DNA of 64,000 nucleotides from Entomortierella parvispora E1425 (Eukaryota > Fungi > Mortierellomycota), in the NCBI GenBank assembly GCA_020891255.1, contig BQFW01000008.1, positions 2,852,001-2,916,000 on the forward strand, in the 5' to 3' direction. Numbering within the stretch: position 1 is the stretch's first letter; every line of letters starts with the position of its first letter. The position numbers and the translations under genes were made by a program. The notes under the pieces are model-generated. The model worked only from the letters and a program-made list of their open reading frames with translations. It did not search any database and had not been told where the DNA came from. Positions 35,467-46,500 of the stretch are shown one piece after another.

Positions 35467-37317
35467 ATGCTGCGGCCGGCAAAGTTCCTGACGGTACTGC
35501 TTGCCAGCTGCCTTCTCTTCTTCACCTGCCTCCTCCTCGTCTCGTCGCCTTCGACCGACAGGTCAACATATACCCCAAGAGGACGAGGACGCACAAGATC
35601 ATCCTTTCTTTCATTCCCTGGAGCCGATAACGCCATCGCAGAGAATGACAACGTCGCGGATTGCCAGCCAGCGAACCTTCCTCCAACAAAAGTCTCTCGA
35701 CGTCTTCAACAGTCTTCTGTTCCTGAACCTTCTGGGGCATCCACCTCGTCGCATCGGGAGCAATCGGGTCATGGACAAGATCGGGAACAAGCCAGCACAA
35801 AGAGCACCACTTCACCATCTCCTTTGGTGGGGAAGCAAGTGAACGAGGGTGACCCGCGGTACCTGATGTATGTCCCCTATGCAGGAGTGACAAACCAATT
35901 GATCTCGATCTGGCATGCATCTCTGATCGCCAAGGCTCTCAACAGGACGCTGCTCATCCCCAACCTGAGCCCCAACGTGCACGTCGAAACTGCAAAAGAG
36001 GGAGAACAACCCAGACAGGAGCCAGCGCTGACAAAGTGGTCCGAGTTCTTTGATCTGAAAAACTATTCAGAAAAGACTGGATTACAGATTGAGGAGCTGG
36101 ACACGTTCTTGGCTCGGAGAGGCGTTGTTGAGAAGGACTCTGTGGCCGCTCTTACCCCCATCAAGAGGAGGAGAAAACGGTCGCTGCCCACCGAGAATCG
36201 AAAGGCTGTCAGCAGTAGCAAACGGCGAAACAGCCACAGGAAACGGTGGATCCAACTCATCCAGGAAGGTCATCAGATCTCTGGCGCAGGTGCAAGCGGA
36301 TCTGAAGGTTCTGAATCTGGAGCAGACACTTTTGCATTCCCTGACTCGACTTTACCAGAAACACCAAACACCCACTCAACCCATCAGGCGGATGGGGTGA
36401 TTCACAGAACAATCAAGTTTCCAACGGTACAGAAATGCTTTGCTGAGGCTGGATATGGCGCAGACCGCAGGATTGACATGACTGGCCGTCGTTTCATGGA
36501 GCGATATGGCATTGACTCTGAACTGATCCCAACGCCGTACTTGGATCCAGAGCGGGACAATGCCACAATCTGGGCTCGTTGGAGAATGGACAAGGTCATT
36601 GAGCGATACCAACAACCTGCATACGAAAACGAGGAGGTCCTTTGTCTCGGCCATGTGTACAGACTCTTGCCAGGAGGCAACAACCGAGCTTGGGTGGAAT
36701 TCGGCCAACACTTTCGATACACAGAGAGAGTGGATTTATTCGTGGATGAGATCTTGCAGCAGTTGCTGCCATCCTCAAAGCTGGACACACAGAAAGACAG
36801 CACCTCCATGTCGCCACCTTTTGTGGGGATCCACTTGAGGAGAGGGGATTTCTATCGCCATTGTCTTGGGATCACCTCCCCCGCAGATCCTAATGGCTGG
36901 AACCGATGCTACCCCTCGACCGCGCACATCATTTCTCTGTTGTCCACACTTGCGAATGTGCCCCTCACGCTCCCACCTGCAGACTCACGCTCGACGTCGA
37001 CCTTGCTCACGCAACAGCAAAAACAGCGCCAGGAGCTTCAACAAAAGACGCCACTTCAGGAACTCCCCGTGCTCGTCCTCACGAATGAGCACGATCCTGA
37101 AGAACTTGCCAAGGCAGACCGTCAGAACTGGATCCGGGTTGACCACCACCGACTCGGGACGCTGGAGCGGTTTGGGCGGTACGGCCCCATTCTGATCGAT
37201 GGCGCCCTCCTGGCGAGGGCCTCGCTTTTGGTTGGTGTCGAGTACTCGACCTACTTCAAGACAGCCAGCAAGCGCGCCGAGACCTGGTATGGTGGCAACA
37301 CCGTGTTTGTCACCTAA
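35467..37317 (+). CDS. Type II membrane GDP-fucose O-fucosyltransferase-family (O-FucT/POFUT-like) protein
   Basis: N-terminal TM helix, low-complexity stem, YLMYVPYAGVTNQL, LNRTLLIP, FVGIHLRRGDF, VLVLTNE, LLVGVEYSTY. Confidence 0.8.
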   Translation: MLRPAKFLTVLLASCLLFFTCLLLVSSPSTDRSTYTPRGRGRTRSSFLSFPGADNAIAENDNVADCQPANLPPTKVSRRLQQSSVPEPSGASTSSHREQSGHGQDREQASTKSTTSPSPLVGKQVNEGDPRYLMYVPYAGVTNQLISIWHASLIAKALNRTLLIPNLSPNVHVETAKEGEQPRQEPALTKWSEFFDLKNYSEKTGLQIEELDTFLARRGVVEKDSVAALTPIKRRRKRSLPTENRKAVSSSKRRNSHRKRWIQLIQEGHQISGAGASGSEGSESGADTFAFPDSTLPETPNTHSTHQADGVIHRTIKFPTVQKCFAEAGYGADRRIDMTGRRFMERYGIDSELIPTPYLDPERDNATIWARWRMDKVIERYQQPAYENEEVLCLGHVYRLLPGGNNRAWVEFGQHFRYTERVDLFVDEILQQLLPSSKLDTQKDSTSMSPPFVGIHLRRGDFYRHCLGITSPADPNGWNRCYPSTAHIISLLSTLANVPLTLPPADSRSTSTLLTQQQKQRQELQQKTPLQELPVLVLTNEHDPEELAKADRQNWIRVDHHRLGTLERFGRYGPILIDGALLARASLLVGVEYSTYFKTASKRAETWYGGNTVFVT

Positions 37318-37521
37318 GATCTTTGTACCATCCTTTTCACAGTAACATTTTGTAAATACCACAATGCCATCGTGCAATAAAAACACCTCCCTCTCTGCAT
37401 GCATTTAAGACGCACCACCAGTTATGGCCGCAGTTGCTGTGCCCCATTGTGATTCATCTCTCCCCCCCTTTTCCCTTCTTCCATTCCTCGTTTACATGCA
37501 CATTTCTCTTACGACGTCGCA

Positions 37522-38820
37522 ATGGACTTGCTCGAAATTCGCTTCGAGATTGTCAAGTATCTTGAATACAAGGATCTGCACTCTTGTCTCTTTGTCAACA
37601 GGACCTGGAACGACATGTTTCTGCCCTTTGTCTATTCTGAACTCTGTATCCAGCTCAACGACTGGCCATCTGCTGAAGGGGTCTTGACCAAGGTTCCCTC
37701 AGTCGATGTGCTCCGTCGATTCGGGCATCATATTCGCGAGCTGGAGGTTCGAGTGGTCAAAAAGGACCCTCCAGACCACCCTTTCATTATCAAGAATATC
37801 AAGGGGCCATCGTCGGCGCTCGAGAAGAGCGCAACAACAACAACAACAACAACTATAACTAATACGGCGACGGCGACGACAGCAGCATCTATACCTGGGA
37901 ATGCACTCTTTCCAAACATCCGGTGGCTTACCTTGGACCTAGGTCCAAGCTATGGTCCTCGCGAGATCGTGGACTGGGTCATTCATTCTCCCACGGTCGA
38001 GGAAGTGGTCTTGAGGAACCCGCCTCGACTCCTCTCTGATGCTCCGCGAACGGACTATTCACCTCTAAGACAGTGCCCTCGACTCTCTCGGCTGCTCATC
38101 TTTGGAAACTCTATGAACGAGAACGACCTGGCAGGGATTGTGAGCAACTGTCCTCATGTGACGGATATCACCCTCTGGAACCAATGGATCGTGGAACCCG
38201 TCTTAACCGCTCTGGAGGGATGTTTTGACAGGATCTCGACACTGGATATGAGTGAGGGGACCTTTGGGTACAAGAGTTGGTGGAACCAACGCATTCTTTG
38301 CTCTTGTCCTCATCTGGTCGAGTTCAGATGCCGGACTTTCAAGACCGGGGATTGTCTTGTTCAATTTGGCATTCGTGACTATAGCGAAAACAAAGAAAGC
38401 CAGGACCTCAACACCGACAGCGACGCCGCCATCATAAAAGACAGCACTATCAACACCACGATTCAGAAAACCAGTTCAGAGAGGGAGGGCCACCCTCAGT
38501 GGATCTGCGCTCCTACGCTGCGAATACTGGAAATCAAAAGACTGAAATGGTCCATGGATCAAAACTGGGAAAATGAGCGGATGATGGACCAGCTGAAGCA
38601 GCTCAAACAGCTGGAAGTGCTCACAATAGGCGTGGTAGGGAAATGTGGTCTTCCCGAGGAGCTGAAAACAGAACCTATTCAGGGAGTGATACATCCTCGA
38701 CTTTGGCCGGTGGGGGATCATTGGCCAAGGGATCTACAACAGGGGCCAAGGATCCAATGGGTATTGCCGATATGGCCAACGTTAAAATTATTCTGGTTTT
38801 ATGGCTGGTCCAATGTGTAA
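37522..38820 (+). CDS. F-box/LRR protein (intronless, poly-Thr insert)
   Basis: MDLLEIRFEIVKYLEYKDLHSCLFVNRTWNDMFLPFVY, ILCSCPHL, WICAPTLRIL, WVLPIWPTL. Confidence 0.8.
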   Translation: MDLLEIRFEIVKYLEYKDLHSCLFVNRTWNDMFLPFVYSELCIQLNDWPSAEGVLTKVPSVDVLRRFGHHIRELEVRVVKKDPPDHPFIIKNIKGPSSALEKSATTTTTTTITNTATATTAASIPGNALFPNIRWLTLDLGPSYGPREIVDWVIHSPTVEEVVLRNPPRLLSDAPRTDYSPLRQCPRLSRLLIFGNSMNENDLAGIVSNCPHVTDITLWNQWIVEPVLTALEGCFDRISTLDMSEGTFGYKSWWNQRILCSCPHLVEFRCRTFKTGDCLVQFGIRDYSENKESQDLNTDSDAAIIKDSTINTTIQKTSSEREGHPQWICAPTLRILEIKRLKWSMDQNWENERMMDQLKQLKQLEVLTIGVVGKCGLPEELKTEPIQGVIHPRLWPVGDHWPRDLQQGPRIQWVLPIWPTLKLFWFYGWSNV

Positions 38821-38959
38821 TGCTCTTTGTAGATTGCTAGGAAATATCGCACCTTCGAATAAAAAAAAACATGGCAGACGATAAGAACAAGCAGTTTATT
38901 GGACTTTTTTCGTAGAAAAGAAAACTTGATATAATAGGGTGCTGTGTCGCCCGTTGCTC

Positions 38960-40192
38960 CGCGCTGCTTTAAGAGCTGTGTTTGTTTCGCTCAGCCCCTG
39001 AGCGCCTTGAATCGACATGTCCGAAACAACAAGCGCGTCTTGCAATGTGCTCCCCTATAGTCGCATCTGCCAAATACCACAGTTCTCCACTCATTGCTAA
39101 AGACGAAGAGTGCCATCCCAGCATCCAGTGGCGAGAAAGGTACCATTCGAGTTGGAAAGACAGAAGGGACAGGCGATTATCCCTCGGAAACGGTCCAATG
39201 TTTCTAGAATTTGACCTGAAGATGCATCCCACACTTGAACAAGCCCTCCACCGTACGCTGAAGCAACTTGCCTAACACTTGGTGAATACTTCAGGCCCTT
39301 GACTCGACTTCCATGGTTCAGTACCAAAAGAGGCTCACCAGACTTGGTACACCATGTTCGGATTGCATTGTCACAGCCCGAAGACACGAGCTGTTGGCCA
39401 CAACGAGAATATTCAATACAGTCCACCATTTCGCTGTGACACTTTAAAATATGATCCAACGCGCCGGTTTTGGGATCCCATAATCGAATAGCGAGATCGT
39501 AGCCACCAGAAGCATTTTGTTGACTGTTGGGCGAATATACGAAAGAGAGGATTTTTCCGTGTGACCCTCCAGAGTGGTGCAAAGCCTTTCAGCTTCCTCA
39601 TGGTATAATCCCTGTCACTGCCAGATAAAGTCTGCTTGCCGTTGGGTGAAAATATGAAAGCCAGTACTTTTCCCTGTTTTACCGGTCAATAATCTATTCA
39701 CGCAGTTTTCGCAGCTGGAGGCGATCTGCAGACCATCGGGCGAGTACTCAACACATCTAATCGCGCCGGTGTGACCTGCTAGGGAAGGTCCAACGATCCA
39801 GTTTTGCTATCCCACAATCGAATGATCCCATCGATGCGCTTATAGGCTATCCAGTGTCCGCTTGGAGAATAATCCATAAGCAGCCGCGATCCGACCTCGA
39901 TCCTTCAGGCTCTTGGAGATATCTATCCTTTCCAGAGTCTCCTTAGCTTCGTTGCAAAGTTTTTGGGATCGTCGTCGTCCCTTTGAAATACAAGCGTTCT
40001 CGAGATGAGCATTTACACGGACAAGGCACATCATCCGACGACAGGTTCGTTTATACCAAGGCGACATCTTGTTGACTGCCTGTCGAGATTGTCGGATACA
40101 AAGGGGTCAGGAAACAGGAGATGCCATGACGAGGGGTAGCCACCGACTCCGATGAGTATGGGATGCTTACCAACAGCTCTGATCTGATCCAT
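38960..40192 (-). pseudogene. Frameshifted relic of an NLR-like WD40-repeat gene
   Basis: WD40 repeats lie in several frames: YSPSGHWIA..IIRLWDSKTG, GHTGAIRCVEYSPDGLQIAS, YSPNSQQNASGGYDLAIRLWDPKTG, YSRCGQQLVSSGCDNAIRTW. At least 3 frameshifts are present. Confidence 0.75.
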
Positions 40193-40849
40193 GGATGAAG
40201 TGTGGTTGATATGAAAGGGAGAGAAGAGGGAGTAAAGAGGGAGTAAGGAAGGAAAGAAAAGGAAGACAGTGATTCCAAGAAGCAGAAGATCTGTCCCCTC
40301 GGCCTTCTCCACTCGCCCTCTCTCCCACGCAGGTCCCAAAAGGCAGGGCAATGGTTGTGACACGGAACAAAAAGAAAAAAGAGAACCACTCAGGGCACAT
40401 CGATCGGTGCAAATACTCTCCGAGGAAGAGTCCTGATCCTTTCATTGTCATCCGCGTCTTGCCATCCGAGCTCTCTCCATCCTGCACAGCCCAGACACGA
40501 ATCCTCCTTTCGCATGTTTCTACAGAGTCATCCTCCCACAACATGAGTGACAAATCAAAGAGGCGCTGGAGTCGGCTATGAGAGGGGGATTGGAGCAGGG
40601 TCAAAGCTAGGGACAGTAACGGAGGCAAGGGAACTTCAAGAGGGGATACAGCGGCGGGAAAGTAGTGCCACAAGGCAGAGTGGCCAGAGCGGGCAAGGGT
40701 CCTTTTTTTTATTTTTGGGCACAGCACATAAGCACAGAGTGGTCACTTGACTGATGGATGGAGTGCCTTAAAAGCTTCGCTTGATGCTCGTCCTTCCTTC
40801 TGTTTTCTTTCTTTGCTTCGCCATATCCTTTCGGCCCCACTTCAACATC

Positions 40850-42247
40850 ATGGAAGATGAACAAATACGATACTATGTTGGCAAGGACCACCTTTCCAGA
40901 CATGACCTGACCATCTGCGCAAGAGTCAATTCATGCTGGCGCGACTCCTTTCTCCCGCTAATCTATCACACCATCGATCTTCGTGTTCCGAACCCTCACC
41001 ACCCAGACAAGGGTGCCACACTTCCTTCCATAGCTGCTGTGCGGCAACACGGCCGGTACATCTGTTATTTGACCATAAGCCTTCCTACACCATACATCTG
41101 GGAGCTATCAAGCCTGGCAAAGGACATTGTGACCCTTGACGCCCAGGCAACGAGAGGGCAGGTTCTCACAGCTGGCGAGTTGAATCAACTCTCTTTACTC
41201 TTGACAACCAACAAAAAATTGCGACGTCTCAAGCTATCTCACTTTTACGAATGCGACATGGACACTGAGGCGGACAGCTGCAGGCGGCTGATTCAAGTAG
41301 TCTCAGAGACAAGCACGACGCTGACAGAACTCTTTCTGGATCAGACCGTGTTCAGCTTCCACAATGTGGTCACTCTTCTGCATAACAACAAGCATCTAAA
41401 GGTCCTCTCCATCGACCACATTGGCGGTTTCCCGGTCAGGATGCCAAAACGACACGCCGACTGGCTCGTTTATGCTCCTCAACTCGAGACTCTGACCGTG
41501 AATCGACTCAAAAACAAAGAGGCTGCGCCTCCTATGCAAAACGACAACTCCCTTGGACACAGTCAACCTCCCAGATTGTCCAGGATCAAATTTCGTGATC
41601 CGGAGATGAAGGACGATGAACTCTGCGAATTCTTGGAAAAGTGTCCATACCTGGAAGAAATGGTCGTGGCCCAAGCAAAAATCGAAAAGAAAGGGTTCGA
41701 CGCGATGGCCAGACTCTTTGGACAGCTCACAGTCCTAGATCTCTTTGACTGTGAGATTATGGATTCTTGGATGAACAGGACGGTCTTGCAATCTTGTTCA
41801 AAACTGGTCGCATTCGGCTGCCGAAATTTCTTTATCGAGGATTACTTTACAACTGTTGGGGGTGCAAAGGTAGAGCGGGCAGAGGCGCCACTTCAGTTGG
41901 AGAAAAGGTATCGACGGGATGCCAAAGACGATATTCCTGGACCATGGGCTTGTGCTGGCCTTCAAAGATTGAAAATTCATACCTTGATCTGGCCAGGACC
42001 TTCTTCCGATCAAGGTCTATCAAAAGCCAAGGAGTACATGGGACGTTTGAGCCAGTTGGAGGTTCTCATGGTAGCCAGGGCTTTGTTTACGACAAAGAAA
42101 AAGAAGTTGGCAGAGTCGCCCCTATGGACTAAGGGTAACTTTGAGACAAGACTTGAGGTAGAACAGGAATCACGTCTCCGGTGGATCGTGGATCTGTGGC
42201 CCAAGCTGAGGCGTTATCAGTGCACCGTCCCTCTGAAGGATCTATGA
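40850..42247 (+). CDS. F-box/LRR protein (intronless)
   Basis: QIRYYVGKDHLSRHDLTICARVNSCWRDSFLPLIY, LRRs, PWACAGLQRL, WIVDLWPKL. Confidence 0.8.
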   Translation: MEDEQIRYYVGKDHLSRHDLTICARVNSCWRDSFLPLIYHTIDLRVPNPHHPDKGATLPSIAAVRQHGRYICYLTISLPTPYIWELSSLAKDIVTLDAQATRGQVLTAGELNQLSLLLTTNKKLRRLKLSHFYECDMDTEADSCRRLIQVVSETSTTLTELFLDQTVFSFHNVVTLLHNNKHLKVLSIDHIGGFPVRMPKRHADWLVYAPQLETLTVNRLKNKEAAPPMQNDNSLGHSQPPRLSRIKFRDPEMKDDELCEFLEKCPYLEEMVVAQAKIEKKGFDAMARLFGQLTVLDLFDCEIMDSWMNRTVLQSCSKLVAFGCRNFFIEDYFTTVGGAKVERAEAPLQLEKRYRRDAKDDIPGPWACAGLQRLKIHTLIWPGPSSDQGLSKAKEYMGRLSQLEVLMVARALFTTKKKKLAESPLWTKGNFETRLEVEQESRLRWIVDLWPKLRRYQCTVPLKDL

Positions 42248-42383
42248 TTGGATGGCCTCCTGTCCACTTTGCGAAGATTAAATCCTTCTGTCCAGTCTTT
42301 ACTAAGTGAAATCAAACTCGCGTGGATCGGAGCGCTTTATTATTGTCACTTTCAATAAATGATAGCAGGATCTGACAAATCAC

Positions 42384-42869
42384 TCATCCTGCTCTTTGAC
42401 CACCAGGCAAAGCAACGCCAGGCAAAGCAAAGTCGTCGTGTCTTAAGACTTGGCTAGAGCCTTCCTTTTCTGGATCGCGGTCATACCAGTGGTTCCAGTC
42501 GACGATGCACCATCGAAAAGGCGGTTTCGAGGAATTCTGGCTGACAACCTTGATATCCGCAGTCAATGCACCAAGGCTCAAAATGAACTCTGTTACTCTA
42601 CGCTAGAGGGTAGTTTTTGAAGATCCTAGTAGGGTGTCTCTGTTTTAAGCCTTGCTGTGCGTGGTGCGTGTCGCGGACCTAGAGTTTCGAAAGCCAAGAA
42701 GATACGTTGGCCGTTCTGATCGGGGTGCAGCTGGGTTCAGAATCTTCTTTCCGCAAAAGGGACAACATTCCATCACGTCCTTCGGCACCGACAAACCTTC
42801 AGCTGCAGAGATGAGACATTTGGAAATGTGGCAACTTCGTTGTTCGTGAAAGCCGTGCAGAGTGCACAT
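42384..42869 (-). CDS. Possible small two-exon Cys/His-rich hypothetical protein
   Basis: Two consecutive ORFs can be joined by a GTATCT...CGTAG intron. The product contains CTLHGFH..CHISKC and CCPFCG. No family recognised. Confidence 0.25.
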
Positions 42870-43558
42870 GAACAGCAGATGGCGTAGACTCTCGAGGGAT
42901 AATCGGGAGGGTAGGAACTAGGTGGTAACTCCATACCGGTGCTGGTTGATATCTAGTTTCTGACTTTGGGAATGGGACTCGTTGACTATGTATGCAATGT
43001 ACCCTGGTTGAAAAGTGTATTCAGGCACAAACAATGACGATCAGCCAGACAACAACAACGTGCACAGGTCGAGCCCTTAGTCTAGCTGTAGGTCTAGCCC
43101 GTTCAGGCCTGGCGCGAGGAGAGCGGGGGGAAAGAGAGAGGGAGGGCTCAGTGCAATTGACCCTCTTGTGTGTGCGCAGGGAAAGAAGGCTGACAGCGAC
43201 GGGCGGCAGAACAACAGCTCCGTCGACGTAGACTGGACTCGATATGTGCGATGGTCGCACAGACTCTGCGGGTGATTGATTGCAATAAAGTCTCTTTTGG
43301 CTTTCTCTTTGGGTCCCACAAGGCCAGCAAGACCTTCTCGCTCTCATCATCATCCCCCCAAATCCACATTCACCACCCTCCATTTCCTCTTCTTCTCTTC
43401 ATCCCCATCCGACATTCGACATCCGACTATCTCATCACCCTTCCTTTCCTACACACGCCATCTCCTGTCAGCATTACTCCGCCCACTGCGATTACTGCAT
43501 GCTGCTCACTGCTTACGCTCACATTCTTTAATTCTCCGTCCATTGCAAATCTCATCCT

Positions 43559-46500
43559 ATGGACGACAATCATGACCCAGTCTGTCTGGGTTGCCATCGC
43601 ATTATCGAAGAGGGCAGTGTCGTTGCCTTTGGCGAAGGACTGTGGCATGTTCAATGGCAAGTACCGGTTTTGGACTACACACGAAGGAGAACAAAAAATA
43701 GATAAATTCGCGTCTCTAGGTGCCTGAACTCCCAGCTGGTTGGCTAGCCTTCCTCATTCCCTCCTGCAGGTGATCGAGGGGGAGGGATTCGAGGCACCAC
43801 AAAAAAGGGAGGGAAACGGTCCAGTCCTGACAGAAGGATGGATAGACCGACAGGGGAAGAAAGACAGACCGACAGAGCAACGGACAGAAAGGATTCACAG
43901 ACAGACGGAACAACCAAGGAGGGAGGGCGATGTGGGCGTAAAGAAGCCCCAGAATGGCGCCGCCACTTAATGAACTATTCTTGGACGACAGGGTCTGGGT
44001 CTTTCCTTCTGCCCATGCTATCCTTGATATCCCTGCTATCCCTCTAACCACATTCATTCTTTCTCACCATTGTCGTCACCATCCCTCGTTTCAACCCAAA
44101 CCAGTTTCCGGTGCGCAAAGTGCAAAACGAGGGTCGAGAGTGACAGCAACTTGCTCCTTCTTTCAGACGGAAGTCCTATTTGTGAGCAATGCTCCTACAG
44201 TTGCAAGGCCTGTCATAAGCCGATCCTGGATGAGGCCATCATGACAGGTAAGACGCTTCTGTCCCTCCTCCCCCTCCCCTCCCCCTCCACGTTTTCATCC
44301 TCCCCCGCCTGCTCTCTGTGCATCTGTTACTCCACCCAAACGCTCTTGTTATTTTGGTACTCAGGTCGCACAAGGTGCCAGAGGAGCGACGATGAATCCT
44401 CTCTGCAGGTTTGCTTGCTCTCCCCCCGCTCCTTGTCGCAGCTTGTTCCTGGTTGGCTCAACGAAACAAAAACTGTTTGTGTTTGCCCAATATAGGAGAG
44501 GATGCTTACCATGCGGATTGCTTCATGTGTGTCCAATGTGAATCCAAGATTGACGATCTCGTCTTTGCAAAGACTTCTCAAGGAATTTACTGCATGACTT
44601 GCCACAAGGAACGCAAGGAAGCAAAGCGACAGCGTGAACGCAACAACCACCATCACAGAGATCATGTCGACAGAATGACGGACAAATCTCTGCCAACGAT
44701 CCCAGAAACACAGGTATGGAAGCATTTTTTCCCCTTGGCGGGGGCTCGTTGAGACAAAACCAACGTTTCAAAAGCACCGCTGTCTTAGTAAGAAACTGAC
44801 CGACCCTTCTGCCCTGCTTACGCTTTCTATTAGCAGAAGCACTCAAATTTCTCATCGGAACCACAGCTAGCTCTTCAAGCCCCACTGATGACCGGAAGCC
44901 ATCAGACCACCTCTCCTCCTCCTAGACAAGATAGCCGACATAAGGCAGCAGCATCGGGTGGTGGACTCTTGGGAATGGGACCGCCTCTACTCCCTCCTCT
45001 GTCCTTTGATTTTGATGGCCCCGTCTCGAGTGGTTTTGATTTTGGAGAAATCATGAGTGGATCAGAAGGGGAGCCTGCTCCTTCTCCTCGAGGATCTGTC
45101 ATATCACCTACTCCTGTTGTTGCTGTTGAGGAACCTGGAAGCCCTCAAAGCCCCGATACCAACCAGCAGCATCGTTTGTACCGCGTCAGCATAAGCATGG
45201 CAAATGCTCGTCTTAGCACTTCTTCACTGAACCTCAGCGGTCATTCCAGCGTGAACAATACCAGCACACGACCATCATCCGAAAGCCCAGAGCCAGAAAC
45301 ATCCCTCAAGGACTCGATACCCCGCTCTTCAGCAGAAGAGGAAGAGCAAGCAAAGGTATGAAAAATAGAGTTTGTCCCAAAAAAGGTGGTTACTTCGAAG
45401 AGCATCGAATGAACTTGTGTTCTTATAAACCCGTTTCTCCCTCCTTTCCATAGAATGGCACCATGAGCATGGACGAAGCAATGTCCTTGATCGGCGCTTT
45501 GCGCCTGGAACTGACAAAGTTCAACCCTTCGAGCCCATTGCTCCATGGAACAGTACAAGATCAGCTAATGATTGCACATGCGAGATTCGAGCAATTGAAA
45601 GAGCAGGAGCAGCAGTTGGAGAAAGCGGTGCGAGACATGTATATTGAAAAGGACCTCCTCGGCATGGATCTTGAAGTCATGAATGAGGAACTCAAGTAAG
45701 TCAAGGGTCCGTGAAGCGCAATCCCCCTTTTCTCTCTGCAACTAGGACCGTGGATACTGACATTTTACGTTTGTACTTTTTGAATCGTAACTAGGGCAAA
45801 GGAGAACGAGTCCCTTGATGCAAACACCACACATCTCGCTGCTCCTGGGCCACCTATTGTCAACTCTCGATTCAGTACTAGCCATGACTTTATGAAACAA
45901 GCCTACCAAGCAGAGGTGAAGGCTCTTCAAGACCAAAAGGAGAAGCTTCAGCAGGAGATTCAAGCCTATTCCGACCAGCGCGACAGTGTCTTGGATGAGA
46001 TGCAGGTTCTCAGCATGCGGAATGCAGAGCTTTCAACTATCAACAATGATATGACCCGCAAGATTCAGGGTCGCAAGGATGCTCAGACGACCGCTCCACC
46101 AACAGCACCTTCAGCCAGCTTTAACGCTAGCGGAAACAATATGCTCCAGTCATTCACGGACAAGATCCGGAGACAGCGTCAGGCGAGTGGAGGTAGTCAG
46201 CAAGAACTCAAGGTTTCTTCAAGTGCCGACTCTACTCATTCGTACAGTGCAGGCCATTCAGATGACTACAATCCTCCAAGACATAGCTCAAAGACGGAAC
46301 AGGTTCAGGAGGACATCTTTGGAGAGGAGATCGTGGCACCTAAAAAATTCAACTGGAAGAAGGGCACTCTTAACACCATGAACACCGGGGTCAACACCGT
46401 CAAGAATGTTGGCGCGAAATTCGGGAAGCTCTTGGTCGAGGGATCTAACGTTAACGGTGATGTCCCCCCCAGGAGAAATTCGCCCATGGTATCGACGGAC

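Noticed and set aside
40823-40831. ATATCCTTT, matching a U12-type AT-AC donor
   Set aside because: It lies ~20 nt before an ATG with no TCCTTAAC branch site or AC acceptor. A similar string at ~19752 is simply ABC coding sequence.
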